The notes under the pieces are model-generated. The model was not told the origin of the DNA. It saw only the letters and a list, made by a program, of their open reading frames with translations, and made no database searches. From NCBI RefSeq assembly GCF_000150275.1, contig NW_002060943.1:207980-271979 (forward strand): a stretch of DNA of 64,000 nucleotides. Direction: 5' to 3'. Position 1 is the first letter of the stretch; each line of letters opens with the position of its first letter. Below are positions 25,866 to 38,639 of the stretch, piece by piece. The DNA is from Trichoplax adhaerens. Taxonomy: Eukaryota; Animalia; Placozoa. A program made the translations under genes and the position numbers.

Positions 25866-26760
25866 TGGTCTGTACTAGACCGTACTGGTACGCGGCGCAT
25901 CGGTCTACAGTACACTGTACTGTACTGTACAGTGTACAGTGCTGACAGCATGATCCCAGAGCAAAGGATCCTCCCTCGTCTACAGTACTGTACTACAGAC
26001 TCTGCACTCTACAGTGTACAGTACAGTACTGTAGAGGTCCGCAGAACAACTCCAGTGTGTGGCACGTGACTTGCGGCGCCTTGGATGTTGTTGACTGGAA
26101 GTTGATTTGGCCGCTTCGCTGGCGCTGCCAGTCTTTTACGGCGTACTGTACACTGTACACTGTACGCTACGGCTCGATCAGGCTAGATGTGCAGTACTGT
26201 ACTGTACTGTACTGTAAAACACAAGTTGTTGGCTTTGTTTCCAGTACAACAGCAAGAAATAATACGACAAGTATTTTACACATTTTGGTACAGTACTGTA
26301 CACTGTACAGTAGAACACCAAGAAATACTGTACTGTATGTACTGTACTGTACAGTGTACAGTACTACTGTAGCACGAAGAAAAAGCAGATTTTCCTTTCA
26401 GTACTGTAGCAAAATGTGTAAAATATTGCACATGTCCTACAGGATTACTGTCTACTGTATACAACAACGCCAGCTAAAATGTCTTCAATTAGAATTATTC
26501 AACCTATTCTTATGTCCAATCTTACAGTAAAAATGAACGCGATGACGTAAAACAGACCGGTAAAACAGATGAAATCGATGAAAAATAAATAAAATAAAAT
26601 AGATAAAGTAGATGCAAAACAGATGTCGTTCCTTAGGGCTTTGCTTCCACTATAATACCAAAAAGTGAAAACGACATCTATTTTACACATTCTGGTACAG
26701 TACTGTATCGTCCAGTCCTGGTACAGTACACTGTACTGTGCACTACAGTGTACAGTATTG
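25862..26760. repeat. Low-complexity palindromic TACAG/CTGTA (GTACAGTACTGTAC) array in the CAB39 promoter region
   Basis: Dozens of interleaved TACTGTAC, GTACAGTA, CAGTACTG and TGTACA words, e.g. 25906-25940, 26008-26033, 26140-26216, 26288-26371, 26694-26757. Confidence 0.85.
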
Positions 26761-27460
26761 AAAGCAAAAGATGCTTTTTCTTCGCGCTGTTAACTAGGAA
26801 CCCAAGGCAAAATGTCACTAATCGGAACAAATTAATGATTCAACCCATTCTTATGTCCAATCTTACAGTAAAAATGAACGTCTAATGTCGAACTACTAGT
26901 AGGACGTTGGTGAGAAGAAAAGTTTGACTTTTTCTTGGCGCTAGTACTGCACTGTGACTATGCTATGCCTACCATAGCAGCAACTTCAGTAGTTAACTCA
27001 AGGCAAAGCCCCTACTGGACTCAACCAATTCTTCTGCCCAATCTTACAGTACAGTACAGTAAAAATGAACAGCATGTCCAACTACACGTTAGTGAGAAAG
27101 AAAAGCTTGGCTTTTTCTTGGCGCTAGTACCGCACTCTGACTATGCTACGCCTAGTGAGTAGTGAACAAAAAGCAAAGCCCCAATTGGACTCTACCAATT
27201 CTTTCTGTACCTGTCTGTACAGTGTACATTGTGTATGCCCAATCTTACAGTAAAAAGAAGGGACACTTAACCACGGTGGGGGTGAGAAGAAAAGCTTTTG
27301 CTTTTTCTTCGCACTAGTACTGCACTGTGACTATGCTACGCCAACAATAGCAGGGACTAGTCAACAAAAAATTTTCCATATCCATTAGCAACCCAAGCCA
27401 AAGTCCCAATTAATTCATTATTCAACTTGACAAATTCTTATGTCCAATCTTACATTGAAA
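26500..27460. repeat. Degenerate repeat with core TTCTTATGTCCAATCTTACAGTAAAAATGAAC, 5 copies
   Basis: Core at ~26507, 26848, 27029, 27235, 27435; three copies share GTGAGAAGAAAAG...GCGCTAGTACTGCACTGTGACTATGCTA. Confidence 0.85.
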
Positions 27461-27819
27461 AGGACAGAGAAACACCACTACCTACTCACTGTACAATATA
27501 TGTCACATACAAGACCGGTATTACGACGCGACTTGGACAGTAAAATGGTTGCAGCGACCGGACATCAAACAGCGAATGATCGCTTGAACTCCAAACTTGA
27601 AACAAATAGAATCATTCAATACTGCAATAAAAAGGAATCACAATACCAAGAGCCAATTGCTCAAGGTTGTACTGATCTATCTGCATGGAATTGGAGCCAA
27701 ATTGAAAGTCCATTTCTTCAAAATGGATAATGGAAGCAACTCTTGTAGAGTGGAACATCTTTCAACCATTTTACAGCGCTCGCCGCGCCCCTGGAAGAGT
27801 GGTCTTATACAATTGCAAC

Positions 27820-28472
27820 CCTAGAGGAAGGCTATGGAAAAATCGCGGAGTTTTACCAAGGGTGGTGAGAAACAGAGGGAAAGTTGGGGGTTGACTAGTC
27901 TCTGACTTGTATCTAAGCAATGCAATTATTACAATTGACAACTTTAGCATCTTCAACTAAAGGCATCGAAGTGTAGTATAAATACCACGGCGCCGCTCAT
28001 TTTAGGAAGACTATGGAAAAATCGCGGAGTTTTACCAAGGGTGATAAGAAACAGAGGGAAAGTTGGGGGTTGACTAGTCTCTGACTTATATCTAAGCAAT
28101 GCAATTATTACAATTGACAACTTTAGCATCTTAAACTAAAAGCATCGAAGTGTAGTATAAATACCACGGCGCAGCTCATTTTAGGAAGACTATGGAAAAA
28201 TCGGACTTCTGGTAAGGGATGGTGAGGAACAGTTGGAAAATTGAGGGTTGACTAGTCCCTGACCTGTAACTAAGCAATGCAATTACTGCAATTGACAACT
28301 TTTGCATCTTAAACTAAAGGCATCGAAGAGTAGTATAAATACCCCGGCCGGCGCCGCTCATTTGAAGCGAGGGTGGGTGGCATATACTTTACACTAGTGT
28401 ACACCGTACGGTGCAACCCTTTAGGAAGACTATGCAAAAATCGGAGTTTCCCCAAGGGGTGGTGAGGAACAG
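27820..28472. repeat. ~180 bp tandem repeat (>=3 full copies, runs into the assembly gap)
   Basis: Unit AGGAAGACTATGGAAAAATCG...GTTGACTAGTC...CTAAGCAATGCAATTA...GTAGTATAAATACCACGGCGCCGCTCATTT at ~27825, 28003, 28183, partial at 28423; a related copy lies at 62946-63050. Confidence 0.92.
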
Positions 28473-28665
28473 NNNNNNNNNNNNNNNNNNNNNNNNNNNN
28501 NNNNNNNNNNNNNNNNNNNNNNNNNNNNNNNNNNNNNNNNNNNNNNNNNNNNNNNNNNNNNNNNNNNNNNNNNNNNNNNNNNNNNNNNNNNNNNNNNNNN
28601 NNNNNNNNNNNNNNNNNNNNNNNNNNNNNNNNNNNNNNNNNNNNNNNNNNNNNNNNNNNNNNNNN

Positions 28666-29477
28666 ATCAACAGGGCAAAGAAAAAGTATAACAGAGCTAA
28701 TGTACTATATTGTGCATGAATTTATTTAAAAAGATCCATAAGCATAATCTAGACAGTTGTAGCATCGTCAGACGCGTAAAAATCACACAACGCATGCATT
28801 CACATTCTAAATTTATCTCCAGTTAGTAGCTAGTACATATCCGTGGGCTGTACTCCTAGTAAACAGCTTGATATATTTAAAACGCAATATTTAGGACTTT
28901 TTAAATGATCGTTTATTGGAATATTATCAGATTATAGTTTACATATTTAATAAAGGCAAGGTACAGACCGCATAAAATGAGGTATATCTTTAATTGACAT
29001 CTATCTTACTTCATGACCAGCTATACCTACATTTTTTTATGGATAGGGTCACATTATTAATAGGATTGGGTAACGTTCAATGTAGATATTGCACAAGCTA
29101 TAGCTTCTACTCAATACTAATCTATCTTCTTTAATTGCTAGATGATATTATATGACATCTTTTCATCATATGGGCTCAAGGTTAATTCTGCCAATTATTT
29201 GCAACTTTAATAAAGCCCACTTGGGTAATATAATACTCCTTCCTGTATACACGTCCTAAAAAAGAAATAAAAAAGTTTATCAATAAATACGCTATATTAA
29301 CTATATATACAATAATCCTGACCGTAGTTATTGTTATTGTTAGGCAAGTATAGCTAATAATATATTATTATTAACGACTAGAATACTGCTGGGTCTTGTG
29401 TATTATAATATTTTTAGAACGACTAGATTAAACTGCATCTAATAGTAACTCGCGACAAGTAGAGTACGCGCGTAAAC
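28666..29477 (+). repeat. Segmental duplicate copy A (3' flank of the neuropeptide gene)
   Basis: Essentially identical to 63190-64000 (offset 34524); about six differences seen, all in the distal ~320 bp. Confidence 0.95.
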
Positions 29478-29861
29478 GGATGCTCGACATATGGACTGCA
29501 AGAGGACCTACCTACCATTCATTCTAATGTAGCGTAAAGTAACATTTAAAATCTATTTCAATCCATAAGCAAAAAAAGCAAAATTGTTGGATCTACTTTA
29601 ATTTCATCCTTGTTCAATCTTTAATCCCATTAGTATTCTTACTATACTGAAACATTGTATCTGGTATCAGGAACATCAAGAAAATATAAAAATAAAAGCA
29701 ACTCAAATTTGATCCTAATAGCTGATATCAATTACAGTATCTATCGTGTAAACTCATACAGCAGAAAGAAAGCTAAATTCTATTTTGAACACAAAACTAA
29801 CATTTGTATTCGATCAACTACAGTAGTACAAATCTTTACCAATAATTTGGCCGGTATAGGC

Positions 29862-30878
29862 TTAGGCTTTCGATTTTAGTATGTTTGAGCTATGATGGAG
29901 TTTCTCGGTATTGAATTTTTTATTATAGCCATCTCTTTTCTGCGAAACCGACAATTTATCGTTCCGCTTGGCTGATAAAATGCCTTTGAAATGAGTACTG
30001 CCCTTTAATCTTAATTGCGGGTGATAATTGGTTTTTGATAATTTCGCATTAGAACGAAATTCTCTCTTGAACAAACTCAACCCAGGAATATTTTTATCTT
30101 CCTCTTCCTCTTTATGAGAAGTAGCAGTGGGATCGTGCCTAACATTAAATTCGCTAAATAGTGGATTGTGTCTTTCGTTAAACCAACTAATGAGAGGGTC
30201 TTCTGACTCTTGTCTTTCCTCAAACCAACTAATTAGGGGATCTTGCCTTCGTTTCAAATTATTGAAATCTGCGTCTGAAAAGATGTGTCTCTTCTTAAAC
30301 AGACTAATACCAGTATTAGAACGAGCTTGTCTTTCATTAGATAAGCTAATACTAGCACCAGGAGGAGCTTGCCTATCGTTGAATAAGCTAATACCAGGTC
30401 CTTGTCTCTCATTAAATAAGCTAATACCAGGTTCTTGTCTCTCATTAAATAAGCTAATACCAGGTTCTTGTCTCTCATTAAATAAGCTAATACCAGGTTC
30501 TTGTCTCTCATTAAATAAGCTAATACCAGAGTCAGGAGGCGCCTGTCTTCTTTTAAACCAATTTATAATAGGTTCTTGATTGTTCTTGTATACATGACGA
30601 TCAGTTATCTCTGTTACGATGCAGTTAAAAAATATTCAATACGAGTATACAAGTAAATTATAAAGTAATCATATCAGTTGATTAATCTACGACTAATTAA
30701 CTTCTAAATCATCGTTTCACTTAAAAATTGCAAGGAGCTTTGTCAATGAAGTATGGAGCATCGTTAATTTTTGTTTGCATAGTTATATACGATATATGCA
30801 ATAGCGTATTGCTTTACCTTTGCATGTTGCGATAGCATTAAGGCCAATGATGGTAACAACTAATAGACAGATCTTCAT
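29862..30878 (-). CDS. LFNE-type neuropeptide precursor (placozoan), 269 aa
   Basis: Exon 30878-30818 encodes a signal peptide MKICLLVVTIIGLNAIATC; intron 30817-30611 (GT..AG); exon 30610-29862 (810 nt CDS in total). Repeated peptides flanked by R/KR/KRR: QAPPDSGISLFNE-R, 3x QEPGISLFNE-R, QGPGISLFND-R, QAPPGASISLSNE-R, QARSNTGISLF-KKR, QDPLISWFEE-R, QESEDPLISWFNE-R. QEPGISLFNE matches the Trichoplax LFNE peptide as I recall it. Confidence 0.93.
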
Positions 30879-30883
30879 TTCGC

Positions 30884-31276
30884 CTAATCTTTCAATAAAA
30901 GCGTTATTAATATTGGACTATAAAAATATTTGCGAAATATGGTTCAAGTTCATACTTTGATAGTAGAGTAGTTACAGGTGAAATTATTTTTTAATCATTT
31001 GTTCAGTAAGATCTGTATAATTACACTATTTGCAGTTCTTAACTTAAAATACAAGCAAAAGATTAAACAAATAATACTTGATTAATAAATTTACCTCATA
31101 TACACACATTACATTTTTTTGTATATTAAATACGCATAAAATACTTATTCCAAAATATTCAAACTTTCTAAGATACGCTAACTTTTTAACAGTTACCTTC
31201 TGATAAATCCCTTAATTGGTGTTGCTCAACTAAACTGCAATATTTAACGAAAAAGTTGCAATTCGCCGCTATATAT
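30884..31276 (-). promoter_or_regulatory. Predicted 5'-UTR intron (31196-30884), non-coding first exon and TATA box (~31270-31275) of the neuropeptide gene
   Basis: Minus-strand donor GAAG|GTAACT at 31196, acceptor ATTAG|GCGAAATG five nt before the ATG, and TATATAG about 75 nt upstream of the donor. Confidence 0.55.
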
Positions 31277-33929
31277 CTAAAAAGTGAACAAAAGAATTCA
31301 TTCTTCCTAATCTATTTCTATTTAACTTTATCAGACTCCACCTACCCGTACCTAAGTATAATTATGATAAATAGATAAAATAAAATTTTCTTAGCCACAA
31401 TAGGTCATTTCATACTCTGGCCCAATCTGTCAGTAAATAAAATATTTCCCTGAAATACTCATTACAACACACAACAGTGGCAAAATTAATAAAACCAAAG
31501 ATCAGTAGCAATAAATCTAATTATAACGATGATATGTATTTTATTTATTCGCTAAGGCATACTATCCATTATTGTAACAGATAAATAGTAATACTGTGTT
31601 GCATCACTATATTTCAACCCTTAAGAAATTAAAAGCCGCCATCTAAAATGAAATATAATTAACTTACCTCTTTTGTTATGCTAGATTAATGTATTTGTAA
31701 ATATAGTTATACTAAATACTGATTATAAGTAACGGATACACTGATCATTAGATTATATCTATGGACAATAATTTAATTTAATATAATGTTGACTTAATTG
31801 CTAAAAATGTTATATTAATTTTAAGGACGTATTTAACACCATAAAATTTTCAAAGTGAACTTTTCGTTATCAGAGAAGAGGAATGGCAGACTTTGTGTCT
31901 GACCATTTTTGACCTAAATTCTATCAAAGTATCTTGCCTAAAGTATTCACGTTCAATAGAAACTGCTATAAATAGATTAATAAAGTTATCTATTCCACAC
32001 TCACTTAATTTCATCATCACGTAAACCACAATTACAATTATTGTTGACCTTATTTTTAATTGTTTCATAATATCAACAATGGTCTGATTTACCAATATCT
32101 TATTATATATCAAACAGATTTATCTTGGATTTATTCATGTGAAAGGTACGAATAAACTAAGAATCAACTGAAGAATATATAGAAGCTTAGGAAATTAATA
32201 TTATGATTTACTAGATGCTTAGATAACAACAAAAATGCCTAACGGTAGCTCTATTTGTCATTATTATTATTGTCTAGAATGCCTAAGCTACTGTGTGTAA
32301 ATAACTTAATAGAGAGAATGCTATCTTTACAGCAAGATACACAGCTGCAACTAGACCAATTTAAGGAGCATTATTTTACGCTCTCATTGTATTAATATTA
32401 TCATGCTTTATTGCGTTTAGGAAGAAGCATAGTTGGTAGAAAATGAGGTTTATATCTATATCCTAAAAAATTTCATCATTTTTCTGTTTATAGGTTAAGG
32501 TATATGTAATTATGTTATTAATTTAACCTTTTACTTATACATCACATCAAATCATTTTGAACAATAACTGTATTATACATGCCTAATAAACAGATTGTGC
32601 GAAGAACGCATTTGGAATTCTAAAATCTATATTTAATTATGATGTCAAAATCTTTTTCTATAGTGCAGTAATAATATATTATGGTTATATAATTTTTATC
32701 TGATTATTTAAGATAGAAAATTAATACAAAATGATTTGAAAGTTTAGTTGAGTTTATCATTACTTAAACCGTTGCTTTATTATTCGAAAATTGAGTTTTA
32801 ACCATCATAATTATACGAGTAGTTATAATCAATTTCAAATTTGCTACTGGCAATGACATAACATAGGTGATTGTAAACAGAAGGAAATTTTTATTTTGAT
32901 CACAAGCAAGTTCATTTTTTATTACAAAAAAAATCTTAGCGAAAGAGGTGCAGGTGGATCTATCTTTCATAATTTCAATACTTGATTAAACAAATTAATT
33001 TCTGGAATTGTAAAAAGAAAGTTTCTGAAAAATTATTTTGTTTACATCTTATTGATAATTATTATAATAGAATTATTATTATAGACCACAAAATACATTT
33101 TTTTAGCAAGCAGATACTATTGTACTTAATTATATACATAAAGACAGTATGATTTCATATTTGCTTCCATTGTCTAAATGGGATAAAAACCAATAAAATT
33201 TTCCATATCATATTATAAATATCTGTAAAAATCCACTGAAATAATCATAAAGTGTACCTGCAAAGTCCTGATAATCTCTATGATTATTACCAAGACTACT
33301 TGTATTTATTATAATGAAGAACTTAATACATATGTTACCATTCTAGTATAAAACGGAACAAGAAAGCTATAAACGCGATAATAAGTAATGTCTGCTGCAT
33401 ATTAACATTTTATCGTTACCGCTAACGGTTAAGTATACAATCGAAATTTTTAGAACTAAAATTACCTCCCCCTGGCAATAGTTATAGGATAATCATATTT
33501 GAACAGTTACCATAATTGAGCTTACAAATTGTGGAATTATCGGAGTTCTACTCGTATATCTGTATTGTTGAATCAGACAGGATAATCATATAAGTCAACT
33601 GGTTAAGCCTTCAGAAATACCTTAATAAAGCATCTAAGAATAGATATCGAGCTAAATATCAAGGGTATTAACATACTGTAGTGCAGTCTTTCATTTAACG
33701 TTTAGCGGACACGGAAGTATTGCTATTACAAGTCATTGAAATTTCAACTAGCATCATAGCGGCATAATGCTTAAATATAGACACTTTTTTGTCTGTAAGG
33801 ATTAAAGACTTATTGTTAATAAATCCTGTAACAAGATTCAAATATAGCTTATAGACTGAAATTAGCAATTCTCTAATGATCATATGGGATAAATATCATA
33901 AATAGGTGTGATAGTCAAGCCGCACAAGT

Positions 33930-35450
33930 ATATAATAGAATTCCATTCTGTTATAATTTGTTTCTTATTTGGGTGAAGTATAGTGATCACATACAATAAA
34001 GTATCTCCTTATTTTTAGGCACCATAATCAATAGTTTATATTTTCGGTTGTGAACTATTAGACCACCTGCACCCTTTTCGAGCGTAATACCAATATTAAC
34101 AAATGAAATACTAGAAAAATATGCATTGATTTAACCGCAAATTGCTCATTATGAGTCCTTAATAGAACCTTCAATTACTCTTGCTCGCCTGTAATTTAAA
34201 TGATCTGATGGAAATAAATACAACTAAACTTTCACTACATTTATTACAATTTTACTCACCACTTAGTTTTATCAATAAACTATTATCTACTTCGTTATAT
34301 TTACTATATTTACTTTAAGCAAATTAGCAATTTACGTGTAGAACTTTCAGTACAATTGTACTATTACTTTGATCGTGATTTGGGATGTGTATATGTCCTC
34401 TACAGTACATCTCCACATTCATTTATTTTTTTACTTACCTATCTTTACAATGACAACGCCATTAAGGTTTTAACGCTAACTAATAAGACGGTAAACAGAT
34501 AATATACTTTATTATTGGCGTAAGGTACTTCAGTAAAATTGATGGCTGATAATCATTTGCTCGCCTTGTTATTTTAGAGTGTAGGAATGACTTTGGAGCA
34601 TAGCATGTCATGGAGAGCCTATAGTACATATAAATGGAAAGAGGCCTGTAATTATCAGTGGTTTTTAACTCCCCCACGGAAATAATAATTGTATTCTACA
34701 TCGATAGTTGAAATCTGCATTCCATTTCAATTTGCAAATTCTTTGCCCTCATGGTCTATCGTTTAGAATCATGATTCCCTAGCAGTAGAATTACTATATC
34801 TAAAATATTATTTATAGAGTAATTGTAAATTTGGCAGGTGAAACTGATTTTATTAGACTCTTATTTACTCATAAGTAGGACTGGATAAAGCAGCTTTATT
34901 TTACAATAACGGCTAAAGCAAGTATTCCAACGGAAGTAAACCAACTTCACATTGGGAATTTCCGAGAAGTAAAAACATAAATCTTTGTAACCAATTAACG
35001 AAATCTCCTAAAAGGATTATAGTATTGTTAGTCATCGAATGTAAGACCTTCTCTACACTTGCAGTATATTTTTTCGGACTACTATCGTGTCTAGACGAGT
35101 CGTTTGTATTGCTATTACCTATTTTTATTTTATTACACAAATCTGATATTTAAACTAACATTTTCATTTTGAAAAGAACGTTCATTAAATTAATTTATTT
35201 TCCGCATTGACCCTTGCCCTTATACGAAGAACTTAATGTCATCTCGTCATCCTGGCCTCTGACCCTATAAATGGTTGCAGTTTTAATATCTAGGCTAATG
35301 GATTATAATAACCAGTAATTTATTGCCTTGTATTGCTATGTATAAAATTAAAAGTAACTAAATTTGTAATCGTTATTGCACACTGCTCTGATCCGTAATA
35401 ACCTCGTTATCGGTTTACCCTCAGCACTTATTGTACTGTATAATCTGATA
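33930..35450 (-). mobile_element. Heavily decayed non-LTR retrotransposon (LINE, CR1/L2-like) remnant
   Basis: Minus-strand fragments in LINE ORF2 order: AP-endonuclease-like EKVLHSMTNNTIILLGDF (~35000-35055), RT N-terminal DNYRPLSI (~34633-34656), a second KVIP...NDYQPSILL (~34530-34595), C-terminal ITEWNSI (~33935-33955). Interrupted by stops, frameshifts and large deletions; boundaries approximate. Confidence 0.55.
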
Positions 35451-37114
35451 AAATAATGTGGAATACTCGTATATCCATTAAAAAGTTACACCTTTAATGC
35501 CTTCTATTTTATAAGTTTCGGCTTATAACAAGGCCAATTCAATTGCTACGGAGAGCTGTAAGATGATTTAGTTAGAATCGAAAATAAAAATATTGTCTAT
35601 TGCATTTCAGGTTGCTGTCGACAAGTTCTACAAGTTATCTAATCTAAATACTCAATTTCATTTCACCTGTTTAAATTCTAAGTAACCCTGTCATTGAAAT
35701 ATATTGCATGCTAATACCGTCACAATAAGAACTCTTATAAAACACCATATCCGATTTCTAATGATTTGCTCATTTTAATTGCTATCAGAATAAACTCAAT
35801 TAAAATAAATAGTTACAGAAATGGAAGTAAGAAATCAACGAATGGTTGATGAAGCTATTTAAATAATTTCAGTTCATTAATTCGTGTGATAAAGTCACGT
35901 AGGATTTACCTTCGCCATTAAAAACATATTTTGAAGTAATTTACGTTTATGAGTTGTTAAAATAATTGCAAAAGGAAATGGAATTTTATTTTACAGGGTA
36001 AGAAATCTAGCGTAATGTTGGACCATACATATCATCAATCTTTTTGTACGGAATATATTGCTTTATACACGTATCGAGGGAATCACAAAAGGAATCTGTG
36101 CTAAGGACCAAGTTATAATCCACAAGTATTTTAAACCAATAACAACCCTATTACGGTAATACCAAAGTTGAAAATTGATTTTAGTTAAATTTCGTTTCTT
36201 TTCTAACTAATAAGCTCATTCTGGATTATAAATACAAGCACCACTTACAATACCTACGACTTTTAATATCCTTGCAAAGCACTATTAGATCTACTGCATC
36301 GCAGTAAACTTGGAAAATAGAGCTACTACACCGGTCTTGATCCCCTACTGTGAAAATCTATGATTGTGCTTAAAGGAAGTCAGTGTAAAACAAAATCTAA
36401 AAATCTGCAGCAATACCAAATTGTAAGCACAGTTGCAATATCAAACTATTTTCTAGAACAAATAATAAGAACTAACGACTCTATTTTCTTTTACTTTATC
36501 ACATAGATAGGCTGCGCTTAGACCTAGATGTCTATGACTGCAAATACGATACCTCCGACTACAGTTGCGGATATCAATGTCAAATACTACTCCATTAAAC
36601 TGTCTAGATAATAAACCGGCAAGCAACCTTCTTTAAGACGATCTTTTACCTTGCCATGTTATTCAAACTGAAAATAATAAGAAATATAGTGATCTTAACG
36701 TCGAAATCTGCAGATGCTACATCTTGACAAATCAGCGGGTAAAAAGTGTTTCCTTGAAGATATTGCATCTAATAATCAGCTATTCCTAATTACGTGTAGA
36801 ACTCGAATATAGGCGGCTAAGGATTAACGTATGATAGAAAACTCTGTTGCATGAGCTCAAAAATTATTACAACATGCATTTCTTTTTCTATGATTTTTAT
36901 CTACTGTTATGGTACAAAACCTGCTATGTACTCCTACCATAATGTAAACGCTGAACGTGGGATTACTTGAGCAATAACTGCGTAATGAGCGCTACCATCC
37001 GCGACGCTATTACTAGCCACAGAATAAACTTTTGCTCATAAACTAGTATTTTTTCTTTTAACAGGAATGAATGCTACAATACGGTATCAATCCATCTCAT
37101 TAGTTTCATGCTGT

Positions 37115-37370
37115 TGTACAATCTTGTTCTTTATTGTTGTTATTTCTTAAATAAATTGAAAGAATCGGACTGACCGACATGCTATCAAAATAAAAGACTT
37201 GGTGGGCAATGTTAAGCTAACGTGCAGTCTTGTTGTTGTTGTTGTTGTTTATTGCTGTTATTTCTTAAATAAATTGAAGGAATTTGACCGATCGAAATAC
37301 TACCAAAATAAATTACTTGATGGGCAATGTTAAGCTAACGTGCAATCTTGTTGTTTATCGTTGTAATTTT
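37115..37370. repeat. ~120 bp tandem duplication with (GTT)n
   Basis: GTTATTTCTTAAATAAATTGAA...TGGGCAATGTTAAGCTAACGTGCA repeated. Confidence 0.85.
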
Positions 37371-38639
37371 TAAACATATTTTAGCCAGAAAAATAAGACG
37401 TGGCATGATGATATGGTAATGTTATTAAAAAAATGTCCGTAAGTGGAAGCCTGGATCGCCCGAGTCAAATACCTTACGGCTTTGATTGAGAATGTTCGGA
37501 AATTAGTTGGATGCTAGGCTGAGCTCAGTATCACTTATTCGCAACTTGGTTTATACCGATTTTATCACAAATAATAATTAAAATTGGCAATACCTCACCT
37601 CATAAACATTTTGCAGTAATAGTTTACTCGACGAGAAATGCACAAAGGTGAAGATCTTACTAATCAAAACTATTCTTGGGAGAACATGGAAGGCTTTTTT
37701 TACACATGGTACCGAACTATAGTTTCCAATCATGTCAGAGCAACATCGTCTTTAAATATTGCCGACAATATCCTTGATGACAATGATTTACTCATAAACA
37801 ATTTCTTTATTTTACATTGAATATGATTGTTGTTAAAATGGCACACTGAGATTCCATAGAAGAATGCAGAAAAAATAGAATCTTTTCTGTAGGAGTCATT
37901 TGCATAGCGTAAAGGAAAAGCCTTTCACTCTATTTGTCCTAATGGTGAACTGTCCTTTCCTGGCCGAGCTAAGAAAAATGGACATTTCAAAAAGTAAAAT
38001 TGATCACAATCAAAAAAATTTAGAAGGTTGTTAAACATTATACAATATACTAGATAGGATAAATTTTAAAAATTGAATACTGTTACCACACTATGAGCAA
38101 CGAAAATGCATAACTCGTATCATTTTTAATACTAACACTAAAGGCGAATGAATTGCCAATTTGGTCAGTTTTCAACTCTCTAGTTTAAACTAAGAACGAC
38201 TCATGGAGAAAAATTAATCCCTGCACTCTAATTTGCTGCTTAGGGACTCCTTATCAAAAGCAATTTTCATCGATAAAATTGATAATTTTTACAGTAGCAT
38301 GGGAGTTTTCCGATGCCTCCATCATGGTTGCATCTGTTTAACTTGCACTTGGAAATAAAGGGAGTAATAACTGAGACTTTCCGGTCTCCCCATTTACTCT
38401 CTCTCTCTCTCTCTCCCTACTATATAATCCCCGGGGATTAGAGAGAGAAAGTAGACGGTGGAAAAAGGATTAATACTTTACTTAAGTAGTTTCTGGTCAT
38501 AAAGAGAAACCAAAATACGAAAAAATAAATTTTGCAAAAGAACCAAGAATTGAAACCCGTTTCGTTCTGAAATCAATGTTCTAGATTTTACAAGTGCAGT
38601 ATTTTGATGGTTAACTTAATTGATGATCCATAGGTCATC

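Noticed and set aside
25715-26690. Cluster of overlapping ORFs rich in Y/C/T/V/Q on both strands
   Set aside because: A by-product of the stop-poor TACAG/CTGTA low-complexity array.
28389-28719. ORFs spanning X residues
   Set aside because: Artefacts of the N-gap.
30127-30579. 150-aa + strand ORF with LSLNKLIPGSC repeats, and the alternative-frame ORF 30254-30511
   Set aside because: Shadows of the 33-bp repeats in the neuropeptide CDS; the true frame has a signal peptide, splice sites and basic cleavage sites.
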